Shown piece after piece: positions 1 to 12,750 of a DNA stretch of 64,000 bases (its first letter is position 1; each line of letters begins with the position of its first letter). The position numbers and the translations under genes were made by a program. The DNA is from Felis catus (lineage: Eukaryota), in contig NC_058369.1 of NCBI RefSeq assembly GCF_018350175.1, positions 27,840,001 through 27,904,000 of the forward strand. Direction: 5' to 3'. The notes under the pieces are model-generated. The model searched no databases. It was given only the letters and a program-made list of their open reading frames with translations, and had not been told where the DNA came from.

Positions 1-133
1 TGGAGCTTGTCAAAAAAGATGGTATTCTGGGTTCCATTCCCCCCAAATCCTGCTTTAAGAGTTGAAGGGGAGACCCAGGATATTCTATTATTTCTTTTAA
101 CAAACTTCACAGTGGAAGTTCATCTATGTTTGA
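1..133. mobile_element. MER5-like hAT-Charlie DNA transposon relic (partial)
   Basis: Degenerate match to remembered MER5 motifs (ggagcttgt..aaa..attctgggttcca..cccagga..ttttaacaa); truncated by the window edge. Confidence 0.45.
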
Positions 134-276
134 TATTTTGATTTTTTAATTTAAAAAATCAAATATAGTTAGCATTCTGGTGATCATTCATTTTATTTGA
201 AAGATGGGATATGCTCAGGGGTAAATGACATAATAGAGGTAAGATAGTATTAAGGATTCCCTATAATGTGTTTTTT

Positions 277-490
277 AAAAAAAATTTTTAACGTTTATTT
301 ATTTTTGAGACAGGGAGAGACAGAGCATGAACAGGGGAAGGTCAGAGAGAGAGAGACACAGAATATGAAGCAGGCTCCAGGCTCTGAGCTGTCAGCACAG
401 AGCCCGACACGGGGCTAGAACTCACGGACCGCAAGATCATGACCTGAGCCGAAGTCGGCCGCCTAACCGACTGAGCCACCCAGGCGCCCC
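277..490 (-). mobile_element. Can-SINE (SINEC_Fc-type)
   Basis: Reverse complement of GGGGCGCCTGGGTGGCTCAGTCGGTT head, (CT)n tract and AATAAA/A tail; TSD ctataatgtgtttttt at 261-276 and about 490-505. Confidence 0.95.
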
Positions 491-843
491 TATAATGTGT
501 TTTTTTAATGGACTTTAGAATCATTAGTCCACCCAGAGGTGAATGACTTTCCCAAGGTCACAGAGAACATACAAAAAGAGGTAAAAATTGGATTCTCATA
601 TTAGAAAGTATATACCTTTTGCAATTATAATTGTCCAACAAACTATAAATTAGGAAATATTAATATCTGAAGGGTCATTGCCATATTTCCTAAATTTTAA
701 GCTGCCTATTTGTACATTTTTAACATAGAGATACAGCTTATGATTGATTTAAGTATTTACTACGGTGGCATTTCATTTTTCCAAAATATAAAATCAGTGG
801 TGTTACAACTAACAGCATGACGGAATCAAGGAAGTATGGTGCC

Positions 844-846
<3 letters not shown>

Positions 847-886
<40 letters not shown>
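847..886. repeat. (GT)20 microsatellite
   Basis: Directly visible. Confidence 0.98.
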
Positions 887-889
<3 letters not shown>

Positions 890-1179
890 ACACAAGCACC
901 ATTTCTCTGAAACAAGGCTTTCTATTAATTAGTTCTGTCTGTTGTGGCTTACTGTCAATGTCTCAAGAGAATCAAGACTCACCTGGGCTAGAACTGGAAA
1001 TAAACTCTTGGATTCTATGTGCCTGCTAAAGTCAGCATCTAACCATTCACTGAGTACTGATGATTCCATTTCCAGTTTTACAGACATTTCTCTCCTTCCC
1101 AACATTACTGCTTCAATTGTTTCCATTATTACAACACTAACCCAATATACAACAGACTGGCCACACGTATCCTCATGAA

Positions 1180-1680
1180 ACACATAATTTGATCCTGTTG
1201 CTTTCTTTTCAGAATCCCAGTGCTCCCAAGCACTTAAGAATCAAGGCCCCTCACCCCCGTCCCCCACCAAATGGCATTTAGAATCCTCTGAAATCTGTTC
1301 CTACCCTTCCCTTCCAGCCTCATAATTGTCTGCTGCCTCTTCCTGATGGGTTGATCAGTTTAATCATTATTGCTACTTTTAGAACTTACAGCCTGTCTAC
1401 CACATTTCTAGCAGTTGAAACTTCTAAGGTCTAACTCACAAGTCATATCGTCCAAACTTTTCCAGTCCTCCCATCAAAATTAATTCCCCCTTCCTCTTTA
1501 GCATTCTTGTAGTGGGTTGAACCATGAGCATTTCAGATGCCAGAGTTCTGCCATATGAGTGCCTGTCTGTCTATCCAGATAGGAGATAAGCTTCTCGACA
1601 ACAAAAATTGAGTCATAATCATTTTAGTTTCCTCCACAATGTCCAGCAAAATGTACTGCATGTAGTATGTATTTGGGAGG
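1180..1680 (+). mobile_element. L2 LINE 3' relic
   Basis: Degenerate L2 3'-end pattern (gataagcttctcga..tcattttagtttcctccacaatgtccagc..atgtagta). Confidence 0.5.
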
Positions 1681-2298
1681 CACAAAATCTTTAACAAAGC
1701 CAGAACTGATCCTAAAGCCAGGTGGCCACAGGTTAAAGGTACTATAAATAGAGTTTGAACTGAAATTCTTAGTCCCATGCTGGGTACCTGCAGATCTTCA
1801 TTAGATTCCATCGTGGATGGTATAATTTTAGATAATAGTATGCTGATGATGCACAATCTTCCCCCTCAATCTTGGCTAAACCCAGGATGCAATTTCCTAT
1901 TTGATTAAGAGTATGACAGCAGTGAGTACTGGATTATAAAAATTTACTGTAGGGTTAAGAATGTAAGTCTAACTGTGGATCAAATGGGAGACATTCTAAA
2001 TGGCATTTTTTAAAGGAAGTGTTTGAAAAGCCTATTTCAGAATATCCCGCATCAACTTTAGCATTATGCCAAGTTTTGGTAACAGTCTAATTTCACTCTC
2101 CCTTCTGCAGGATCTGGGAAGAATGTGGTGATAACTATCTGTTGCTCAGATGCCTCAGACTATCAATTCTTGTCTTAATTATATATCAACTAGGTAATTT
2201 TTACCATTTGCTTACATAGAAGTATACAAGCTTTATATCAGTCTTCACATAGCAGTTCCCAAATTCTGCCTTTAGATTTGTCCTTAATGATAAGAGTG

Positions 2299-2366
2299 TT
2301 TTTTTTTAAGTTTACTTACTTATTTAGGGAGAGAAAGTAAGAAGGTGTGAATGGGGGAGGGGCAGA

Positions 2367-2400
<34 letters not shown>

Positions 2401-2528
2401 ATCCCAAGCAGACTCTGCACTGTCAGCTCAGAGACCAATGCAGAGCTCGAACCCACAAACTATGAGATTATGACCCTAGCTGAAATCAAGAGTCAGCCTC
2501 TTGACCAACTGAGCCACCCAGGTGCCCC
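2299..2528 (-). mobile_element. Can-SINE
   Basis: SINE head, (GA)n and T-tail; TSD taatgataag at 2285-2294 and 2529-2538. Confidence 0.95.
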
Positions 2529-2964
2529 TAATGATAAGTAATGAAATTACTTTCCCTTTGACATAGCCATATTCAAAGGGTTTCTATGTAAAATCCTAGA
2601 AGATCCTTTAGAGTTTCCTCTTCTAGCTCACCTCCAGAAATTCTCAAAGGATATTAAAGAATCCTGAAATATTTTTGTAGTTTGCATTAAATTTTTTAAC
2701 AATTGATCGTATCTTCATCACAATGACCCGCTTAAAGAGTGGGCAATTCAAACTGCTCCTATAATGGTTCACTAGCTGCAGCAATCACATTTGTAAGAAG
2801 GCAAAGGCTTTATGTCCAACATTAGGAGTATGAATTATAGGTTATATACTAAAGCAAAGTAAAATATACTAATATGAAGTATACATACTAATATAACTCT
2901 TATTTATACACAAACACACATACGCACATACTTTTATGATTACAAAAATAACAGTCTGAGCCCT

Positions 2965-3085
2965 TGATCTCTACTGGCATGTTTTTAAGCACTTTAAATG
3001 CATTCGTATTATATGCCCACAATGTTCCTGGGGATAAGAGCTTCACCTCCACTTCACAGATCGGGAAATTGAGACCAAGGTGACA
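2965..3085 (-). mobile_element. MIR relic
   Basis: MIR core-like ccacttcacagatcgggaaattgagacc. Confidence 0.55.
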
Positions 3086-3513
3086 TAGGGAAGAAAACAA
3101 GAACATTAATAAAGTATTAACTTGACAGCCTTCCATTTCATCCTCCATGTTAATCCATCCCCTCTGTGCCAAGGGATGCATTAAACAGTGTGTGTAAAAG
3201 AGCTCATTTCATGACTTCATTTCACCTGGGTAATTTCCATCCTGATAAAAGAACACATTAGCTGTGCACCTTATCTTTCCCTTCTGAAACCACAGCACTG
3301 TTTGAGTCCTAGCTTGTAATACCGTAATAAAATGCAACATGTGGTCCTGTGAGTCATATCCCTTCTCCACACTTCTAATCTTGAAGCTCTATGGTTCCAA
3401 TTCTATGAAGGGTCTTAGAAAAGAATGCCTCCTTAAGTTAAACTTTACCCCCAAAGCCCAAGCCTCTCTTCCTAGGACTTCTTAAAAGTCTGGTCATATT
3501 TTAGTACCTACAG

Positions 3514-3544
<31 letters not shown>

Positions 3545-5921
3545 TCTTTTTTTTTTAAAGATTTGGTTTTATTTTACTGTTTACTTGGACCAAGAATAAT
3601 TTATCATGCCTGTTAAATATAAGCTGCTTTCCTAGATATTATGAGAAACACAGGACAGAGTGCCTGAGGGACCAGCCGTTCTGAGAGGAGAAATGATGGA
3701 AATGCACAAAAAAGTATAAATAAATAAACAAACAAATAAATAACTCTGCAGATAAAAAAAATAATAATTTAACCCATAAGTGTAATAAAAGAGATGTTGC
3801 ATAGAGCACACGATTGTCAATTGAATTGTACTACTTTCACAAAGAAGCATTCATTCCCAGCAGGAATCATTTCCTCCTCTCAGGGTTCCTAAGAGGATTA
3901 GAGGTAATACACATAAAACACCCAAAATGTAAAAGCAACACAGTAAATGATCACTTTTATCACTTTCATTATTATTAGTAGTATATATATTATTGGTATA
4001 TATTATTAGTATCATAAATATAATATATTATATTAGTGTGAGGCTGACCACTTACAAAGAAATTTTGCCCACAACCACCTCATTAGATAAGATTCTACTA
4101 CTATGGGACATCTGATGCAAAGCAGGAATTTGGGGAAATGTGGAACAAGTTTGTGTTGGATCCCTGCTCTCAAGGAACATCTGAATCCATGAAATAAAGC
4201 TAGGAACCAGAGAAATTGAGGAAGATCTGTTTCACCAGGAATGCAAAATGAATTCAGAAAAAACACAAATGTCTCCAGACTCAATCAGATGGTTGAGGTA
4301 GAAATCTACCATTTAGGTAACAAGAGTCTGGTAGCAAGATCGTAGGACAGGTTTAAATACCTAAGACTTTGTTTTACAGTACAAAGTGGTCTTGCCTGAA
4401 AACACTCAACTTAGGACACAGAGGAGAAGTAAAGACCAGTATTACAGCCTGAGAAGTGGTGATATGGTGAGATCTTTTCTAGAAACAAGGCTTCAGAGAA
4501 GTTATTCATTTGGAAGCAGTTTAATTAAAAACCCACAGTGAAGTCTTACAAAAAGAGAGAGACAACTTCTTAAAATTTACACCAACAGAAAGCACTTAGG
4601 AAGGAAGAATAAATGTTAGTTAAACTTTAAAGATTAAATTACAAATTTACTCAATGGATTTAAACTTTCTCTGCACAAGTAGCAATTTTAAGTCATAAGG
4701 GATCTGAAATGTTTCCAGAGTTCTAAAATCGACTATTTTACTCCAGTGAAAAAAAGATCTTCACTTCTAGCGCTGAGCACATAGCAAATCCTCTGCCTTG
4801 TAATGAATGGGCTAGTATAAGTGCATAGTTTCATTGAAATAATTTTACTGCTACCTTCCTAGTTTTCTGTTAATTATCATTTCAGAATGAGAAAAACTAT
4901 TACTTTTAAAACGTACATTAAAGAGGGCTTAAGCAAGCATAGAAAAGGAAGGCAGCATGAGAAAATATAAAAAGACGCTATTAATATTAACAGTTATAGT
5001 TGGACACTTGTTCATTTAATAAATCTTTGCAATATTAGCAAGATGGATGAGCAGTAGTACAAATGAGAAGAACATGAGATAAGCGATCATTTGTTATCAT
5101 TACTGAGATATAAAGTATGATTCAGTGTTTCATAATGGATGTTAAATTTGATTTAACATATGGTTGGCTCATTTGCTGAAAACTACCCTTAAAGATATAA
5201 ACTCATTCTAAAGTCAAAGCCATTGTCTTAATAGCAGGCTTGGAATTATCTCTCCATAAAAGTCTGTATAAACTCAGTAAACACAGACTTGGGGAGAGGA
5301 TGTGCAAAAGCCGTTTTTCAAAACAAAACAAAACAAATGTACCGTACACCCTGACTCACTGAACATATTACAGAAAGTGTTGCTGCCCATGATGAAAAAG
5401 TAAAGAATTAATGTGATAAAGTAAATTATAGATCTTCTAAAAAAAAATTAAAGAATTAATGTATCTTAATACCCATACAGATGCAGTGTGTTTAAACAGT
5501 CAAATCATCAGTAGAGAAACTGTTAGGATTTTAAGTGTTCCAGCAGCTACTTAAGAAATCTTCCTTTGTCAACTTCATCTCTATAATCTTGTAAGTTCCC
5601 ACCTTAAATTTGGTGGATTAAGCAGATCACTGCAAGTACTGTTAAAGTCATTTATAATGTATCCTTGTACTTTGGGAGTGATCCAACCTGGAATGAGAGA
5701 CTTAGAAATATTTGTGACATGAGTATATTGCTACGAGCCACTCAAATTTGTCTGAGTTCTCAGTTCTATCAAGAGAAATACATTAAAAATTTTTTGAACA
5801 GTTTATCTCCCTCCTAGAGACACAAAATCAGCTTGAAGACTAGATGTCTTTAGCAGTCTTTGTCTTGTGTCAAAGGCTGATTTCATGAGCAGCAAATATC
5901 TGTTCTAAAATGAGGTTCATT

Positions 5922-6077
5922 GGGGCACCTGGGTGGCTCAGTCAGTTGAGCAACTGACTCTTGACTTCGGCTCAGATCATGATGCCGGGGTCATGGATTG
6001 AGCCCTGTGTCGGGGTCTGTGCTGGGCGTGGAGCCTACTTGAGATTCTCTGGCTCTCCCTTTGTCCCTCTCCCCTGC

Positions 6078-6118
<41 letters not shown>

Positions 6119-6140
6119 AAAGTATCAATAAATAATAAAA
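5922..6140 (+). mobile_element. Can-SINE
   Basis: ggggcacctgggtggctcagtc head, (CT)n and aataaa tail; TSD taaaat[g/c]aggttcatt at 5906-5921 and 6141-6156. Confidence 0.95.
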
Positions 6141-6979
6141 TAAAATCAGGTTCATTAATAAAATGTCTATCTTACAAACAAAACTTGACTCTTCTGTTTT
6201 TACTGATGATTGTGCCTTTCCACATCTTTGGGTACCTATTCTTATAATCCATCCTACACTCATCCAAAATAAGAGACTACTAGGCAGCTCTATTATTGTG
6301 CCTTTGAAAATGATCTAGATGTGGGGAACAGCATTTCACCTTGTTACATGCATTAACTCAGCATCTGTTGTTAAGTTGCCTCTTATCCAATCAGAGTGTT
6401 GTCTAATTTACATTTAGCTATCATATGCACACCTACAAAAGAGATCTTCAGCCAAATAAGCTTTATGTACCCATTCTTAGGTTATACTCTCTAACGAGTA
6501 TTACTCTTATTGGGTGTGGATTTTATTTATTGACAACACGGATCCCTATGTTTGACACCAACTAGTCATTGCCAGTGAATCAGTCACTCCTACTCCCTGG
6601 GCTTCATTTCCATCAGTTGAAAAATGAGGGGTTCAACTGACATCAGTGATTCAAGAAAAAAAGTATCCACTGCCACGCTGGCTACACAAGACCCTGAGGA
6701 CTTTGCCTGGGGTTCAACCCAACAGATAAGACCTGAAAATTCAGAGGGCCCCTGAAAATTCTACATTTTAATAAGTTCTCAGATGACTCACAAGGGTATC
6801 CCCTTTGGAAATAATAGAATAGATACAGCTAAGACAATCTACAATATTATGTACTGAATTTACTCAACCGTTAGGTGAAAAAAGAAAAAAAAAAACATTC
6901 TGAGTCAGATCAGTAAACTATTGTATGGAGATTTCTAGTAGCTCAATCAGGAAACTGACTTTAAAAGGTCACAGAACCA

Positions 6980-7190
6980 GAGTGGCCTGATGGAGATGGG
7001 AAACCCAGCAGCCAGGGTTTCAAGTTCCTACTCTGCTCTCTTCCCAGCTCTATGACTCTGGTCATATCTGCTAACTTCTCAAAACTTAGGACCCCTTCTC
7101 TAAGAAATGGGGATGATGAATTCTACCTTAGAAGGAGATTGTCCAAGTTAACTTAAAAAATATGCATGCAAAGCACTTTCCAAATCAAAG
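6980..7190 (+). mobile_element. MIR relic
   Basis: gggtttcaagttcctactctgct..tatgactctgg..aaatggggatgatg..ctacctta..gcaaagcactt. Confidence 0.65.
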
Positions 7191-7348
7191 TATGTTAGAT
7201 TAGTGGGAAGACTGCAGTTAGGGGCTTCACGCACTGTCCCATCTTTATAGCACTTAGCTATACCACATAGAGGCTAGTAAAGAAACAACGGTCTGAAGGA
7301 ATAGAATTTAAGCCAACTACTTAGGAGATGGTATTGACTGGAGACCTT

Positions 7349-7567
7349 CTTTTTTTTAAATTTTTAAATGTTTATTTATTTTTGAGAGAGAGAGAGAGAA
7401 AGCAGAGGAGGGGGAAGGGCAGAGAGAGGGACACAAAGAATCTGAAGCAGGTTCCAGGCTCCGAGCTGTCAGCCCTGAGCCTGATGCAGGGTTCGAATCC
7501 ACAAACCATGAGATCATGATCTGAGCCGAATTTGGATGCTTAACCGACTGAGCCACCCAGGTGCCCC
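7349..7567 (-). mobile_element. Can-SINE
   Basis: Full SINE; degenerate TSD actggagaccttctt / actggatacattctt. Confidence 0.95.
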
Positions 7568-7611
7568 TCACTGGATACATTCTTATTAGGAGCCTACCAT
7601 GTGTGAGACAC

Positions 7612-8055
7612 TGTGATAGTCCTGCTGCCCGTTAAATGCTTTCCCCCACTCCTTGCCCTATTCTATGACCCAAAAGGCCGGCCTTCATGGACTACACTGA
7701 TGGGCCTCTTGCCTTCTAGCATTCCAGGTAATCTAGTCAGTAAGGGTTCTAGCTGGAGATCAATGGAGAGAAAAAAGGGAAGTCAAGCCTCCACTCAGAG
7801 ATCCATGGTTCTTTCAAGGAAGATTGCTCTTCAAAATTCCCTTTCATATTAGGGTGCAAGATCACTCCCTCTGCTTCCTATCTTTGGGCTTGGGTCCTGA
7901 CAGCCCCAGTGCTGCTCCCTCCAGGCTCCTGCATTACCCTGGATTCCCCTACATACCAGTTGCACCTCTGTAAACAGAAACAGTCCCTTTCTAAAGAATC
8001 CCTCCCAAACTCATCCTCAAATGACTGTGCTCCCTGTTCTGTTTGGGAGGCCAAT
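7612..8055 (+). mobile_element. LTR33-like ERVL solo LTR
   Basis: Starts TGTG; 3' part cacctctgtaaaca..agtccctttctaaa..cctcccaaactcatcct..tgtgctccctgtt resembles the remembered LTR33 consensus. Confidence 0.6.
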
Positions 8056-9959
8056 AAAAGTATTATGTTAGGAGTTTGGGAATAAGGTAAAAAAAACAAA
8101 AAATAGTTGTCATCCCTTGCCCTCACGGAGTACTAAAGAGGAATGCTATGATAACAAAAAAGCCTAATAAAAACAGCTACCGTGTTTTGGAACATACCAC
8201 ATGCCAAACTATAAAAACTGCACTTCTGAAGCTGCTACTGTTATGATCCCTATTTTGCAAATGGAAACAAAACTAAACAAAAAAATAATAATAAAACGCA
8301 AAGCTCAGAAATATGAAGCCCACAGAAATATTAAGGAACAGAACTTAGATTCATGCCAGAGTCACCCCAATCCAGAAGACATCCTCTTAAATATGGGGGT
8401 GTTACGAGATTTGCCTCAACAATATTCCTGCCAGATGGACATTCAGTGTGAGTATAAGAAATTGCGTCTTATCCCATTTCTCATGACAAATCTGGCCATG
8501 CACAGAAAGCCCTATATAGAAGTTAGGGAGAATTGAAATCTACCTTTCTTATCACTTCCACATATCCATTTGTTTATGAGTTCTCTCTTTTGTGAGCTAA
8601 CACATGTCTCCAGAAAGATGCATTCTTCCAAAACCAGCAGCCTTTGTTTAAACTGTCACATCTGTCATTTTCTTGCACAACTCAAGGCAAATGCAGGTAA
8701 GCAAGGAGAGGACCTTGGGGAGTATCCTGACACTTCTCAGACCTGCATGGTGAGATCAGGCACCTTCCTAACTGACCTCCACTTATGCAATCACCCACTT
8801 GCCAGAGTCATCCTTTCTGTATTTATAGCTGGTCGCCCTCTCTGACTGGGGGCCAGAGAACTCAGCTCATCAAATGGCTGGAAAACAGACACCCCAACCC
8901 AGGCTGGGCTGACAGGCACACAGCTGCACCAACTTTATTAATTAGTACCCAGACCTTTTGAGAATTGATTTCCACTTTGATCCCAGCCCGCACATTTCTA
9001 TCTCAGATATATAAACAGCAAATCATGTTATCTTATAATTAAGTGATAATCTTCATGACAGAGAAGATGACAGGACTATAAATGGCTTATGCCAGTGATT
9101 AAAATAACTTCCTCCCCCTTCCCACTTAGCCCTGGAAATGTTCTCCAACTTCACAAAGCTATTAGTTGTTAATAAACTCTCCGTGACATGAGCCTCATTT
9201 CTATTCAACAAGATCACATATCCATTGAGTTACTCTTCAGAAACCATATACACTTTATTCTTTATGCTTAAATAAGCACACCCTATTAGCCCTAGGAGGC
9301 TACACAAATACACAAAACAATTGACTTTAATATTCAGATTGGGAGATTTTGAAGATATGCACACACATAATATACGTTCCAAGTCACGGGAGGGCCAATA
9401 TTGATATAACGCTGAGCATCTAATACACAGGAAGAATAAATAGCTATAAGAAGGTAAATATAACTTCAAAGAGCACACTGGGTATTTGTTGAGCATTTAT
9501 TCTATACTGACTACTGTGATAAGTACTCAGGGCATTACAGTAAAATGATACAATCTCTGCCTTTAAAACACAGCAGAGCCAAGTGCCAAGAGGGTGGAAA
9601 AGGATTATTCTACCAAGCAACTTGTTGCCACAGTTGTGGAGGATTGGTTGGAAGGAGCACTGGGATTGACTAGCAATGCCTGCCATTAGAGCTGAACATG
9701 GGAAGAGCACAGTGCCTTCAATGAATGCTGCACACGTGAACAAACAGATACAAGAATGTCAGCTTTCTGCCTGGACTGTGCACTGCACGGGGGTAAGCTC
9801 CACGATTATTCTACCTCCATGTCTCCCAAAACCCTTAACACAGTTTTTTGTTTGTTTGTTTGTTTTTATAAAGCAAACATTCATTCTGCCGGATAGACAT
9901 CTGGATGGATTACTTTAGTTAGTGTCTGACTAAATTCTATTGTTATTTTGGAGAGTCTA

Positions 9960-10020
9960 TTTTTTTTTAAGTTTATTTATTTATTTTGAGAGAAAGAAGG
10001 AGAGCGCGTGCGCACGTGCG

Positions 10021-10060
<40 letters not shown>

Positions 10061-10218
10061 TGGGGGAGGGGCAGGAGAGGGAGGGAGAGAATCCCAAGCA
10101 GGTTCCATGATATTGGTGCAGAGCCTGATGTGGGGCTCAATCTCATGAACTGTGAAATCATGACCTGAGCTGAAATCAAGGGTCAGACACTTAACCGACT
10201 GAGCCACCCAGAAGCCCC
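9960..10218 (-). mobile_element. Can-SINE with internal (CG)/(CA) alternating tract
   Basis: SINE head and tail; 10004-10058 is alternating purine-pyrimidine. Confidence 0.95.
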
Positions 10219-11319
10219 AAGAAAAGTCTCCTCTAAATGAATTCAATAAACATTTTATACACATGTATGTATGTACGATCGTTTCCTACCCACACATCAA
10301 GGCATTTTAAAGACACACTGCAAACTCTCCCAGACAACACATCCTCGGTCACATTATGAGTCTCTTAGCAAAACTGCAACTAATTCTTTAACTTCCAAGT
10401 AACACAATATGTATATAAAGTACTGGGAGATGCCCTGATTCCACTGTAAGTAGTAAATTAACCAGTAAATTCAAACTGGCGTGGACAACTGCATTGTTTT
10501 CCTAACTATTCTAAATCCATGACATCTTTCTCATTTCCACTTTTTGATGTTTAGGGTACTGCAAATATAAAATCTAGTTGTTTTCTCCTATGTCTCATTA
10601 ATCCTCGGTGCCTTTTTTGCTCATCCCAAACTTTTCAAGATTTCATTTGGTATAAAATTTAAATTAAGGAGATAAGCCTCCCATTTTTATATCTAGACCA
10701 TTCCTGAATTTTGGATCTTAGAAATATGTAATGTATTATTATGTCTTTTACCAAATGTACTGAACTTTTAATTTTTATATGGTTCATCTACTCTATGATG
10801 CTTAGATTTCCATTCAAAAGACATACTTCTTTTTACCAAATCCATACTTTCTGTCTCTCTGTTTTTCTGTCTTTCTGAGATTCTCTGGTCTCCATGCTTT
10901 GCTGTCTCTTATCCCCACACATTTCAATACCCAAATTCATGGTCTATGTGTGCTTGTGATTTTCCATTCTTCTTCTACCTTTGTTAGAAGCTCTTTTTCC
11001 CCCCACTCAAGCAAATTCTAAGAGAAAAAGGGAAAAGGAATCATGCAGAACCATCACTGAGAGTTTGAGAGAAACAGCACCCAGGTCTGGGACTGTCCCT
11101 AACAGCTATATGATACCTCCCATGGAGTAGCCAGCTTTGGTTTCTTCCTAATCTTCCAGACTGGAGAGTGAAAGAAGACTGTCCAGAGTGCTTCCTAATT
11201 CTGAAATTATCGCAATTATGAGCCAACTGCACTGTACTCTGACATCGGGAGGCACCAAGCTAAGTGCTGGATGGGACGAACACTTGTCACAGTCAAACAA
11301 CTGTGTAAAGCAGACACTG

Positions 11320-11460
11320 CTGTTAGTTTCACTCTATCACTGAGGAAACTGAGGCTCAGATATAGATACTGAGGCAAAGTAACTTCACAACTGATAGGAG
11401 ACAGGCCTGAGGCTGGAACCTGGGGAGCAGGACTCTCAAGTTACACATCCGGCATCAAGC
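11320..11460 (-). mobile_element. MIR relic
   Basis: tgaggaaactgaggctcaga core. Confidence 0.6.
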
Positions 11461-11558
11461 TCTCATATCAACTGATCTCCTAGATTTTAATAGGATTAAA
11501 ATGAAAACTTTCACCTGGTGACTACTGTAAGCAATAAAATTATATATAGAAATCACCC

Positions 11559-11610
11559 AAAACTAATATTACTCTGTATGTTAACTGGATTTTAAACAAA
11601 AATTTAAATA
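11559..11610 (+). mobile_element. Very short carnivore L1 3' tail
   Basis: aaaactaatattactctgtatgttaactggattttaaacaaaaatttaaa resembles older carnivore L1 3' termini. Confidence 0.55.
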
Positions 11611-12059
11611 GCACCCATACTGTTGAAAAACTTTCCTTTCCTAAAATGAATTGAAAGGACCTCAGACAAACTCAAGCATGTTTTTGAAAATAAAGGCATT
11701 GAATCAACATATACACTTCATATCTACACTTTTAATTAAAATCCATATTTGCACAGATAATCTCATGCTTACATGTAATATAAGCTTTATTTGACCATGT
11801 TCCATATCAATTTGTCAACAGAACTGCCTACACTTTGTGTCCTTTACAAAGGAAGGCTTCTACCCAGGTAGGGCCACTAGAGCCCTGTCACCAGCATCTC
11901 CTCAAGCTGGTACCCACAGTTGTATCTCCTCTGTTGCACTGAGAAGGCTTCTTCCTTTGGCCTTTCTGTCTTGTCCCTGAATCTAAACCCATGAGCACCT
12001 TCTACTGCTGTCATATTAGTCACTGAGGCAATAGCTTTCAAGCTGGGGACATTTGTCCT

Positions 12060-12493
12060 ACTCTGTCCTACTCTGTTCTACTTCTCCATGCAGCAGCTGT
12101 GTTCACTTCTCAAAGCAAATCATACAGGCTGCACCCTTCTTAAAACCCATTAATGATGCTCCATTGCACCTGAAATAAAATCCAAACACTCTTTCACTCT
12201 CTCCATGTTATTTGCTCAGGTCTGCGCATTCATTATGTACCAACTGATCATTTTGCCATTCATCAAACAGAATGAGCTTTTTGTTTCCAAATCAGGACCT
12301 TTACATATGCTGGCCCTTTGATGTGGAATATCTCCCTTTCTGCCTACCTTCTACAGCCTGTCCTTCTCATTTTGGGGGGCTGAAATATCACCCATGTTCC
12401 AGAGAGCTTTTCATGTCCTCCTTATTTAAGTTAGCTCAGCCCTGTCACTCTCTCTCTTACAACGATAACTATTTTATTTGTGTGTGCGCGTGC

Positions 12494-12565
<72 letters not shown>

Positions 12566-12574
12566 CAGAGAGAC

Positions 12575-12607
<33 letters not shown>

Positions 12608-12750
12608 TGGACATTACCTTTCCCAACTCTAATACAAAGCTTGAGAGGGTGGCAAGCAGGTTGGCCTTGCCCATAAATACATGTCCAGCATTTAACTCAG
12701 AGCCCAGGGTCGCTTAGATAGCCAGTAATTATTTGTTAAATGAATAAACA
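12060..12750 (+). mobile_element. L2 relic containing compound microsatellite
   Basis: L2 motifs (ccattgcacctgaaataaaatccaaac; caggacctttacatatgct; atttgttaaatgaataaa). Confidence 0.65.
12480..12607. repeat. Compound (TG)n-(GA)n/(GACAGA)n microsatellite
   Basis: Directly visible. Confidence 0.95.

Noticed and set aside
3515..3556. A26-gcaatc-T10 hairpin-like run
   Set aside because: Homopolymers with no TSD or cargo identifiable.
8780..8945. TATA/MEF2-like gtatttatag, TTATGCAA and CAGCTG motifs
   Set aside because: Imperfect matches, and no open frame or convincing donor downstream on the minus strand.
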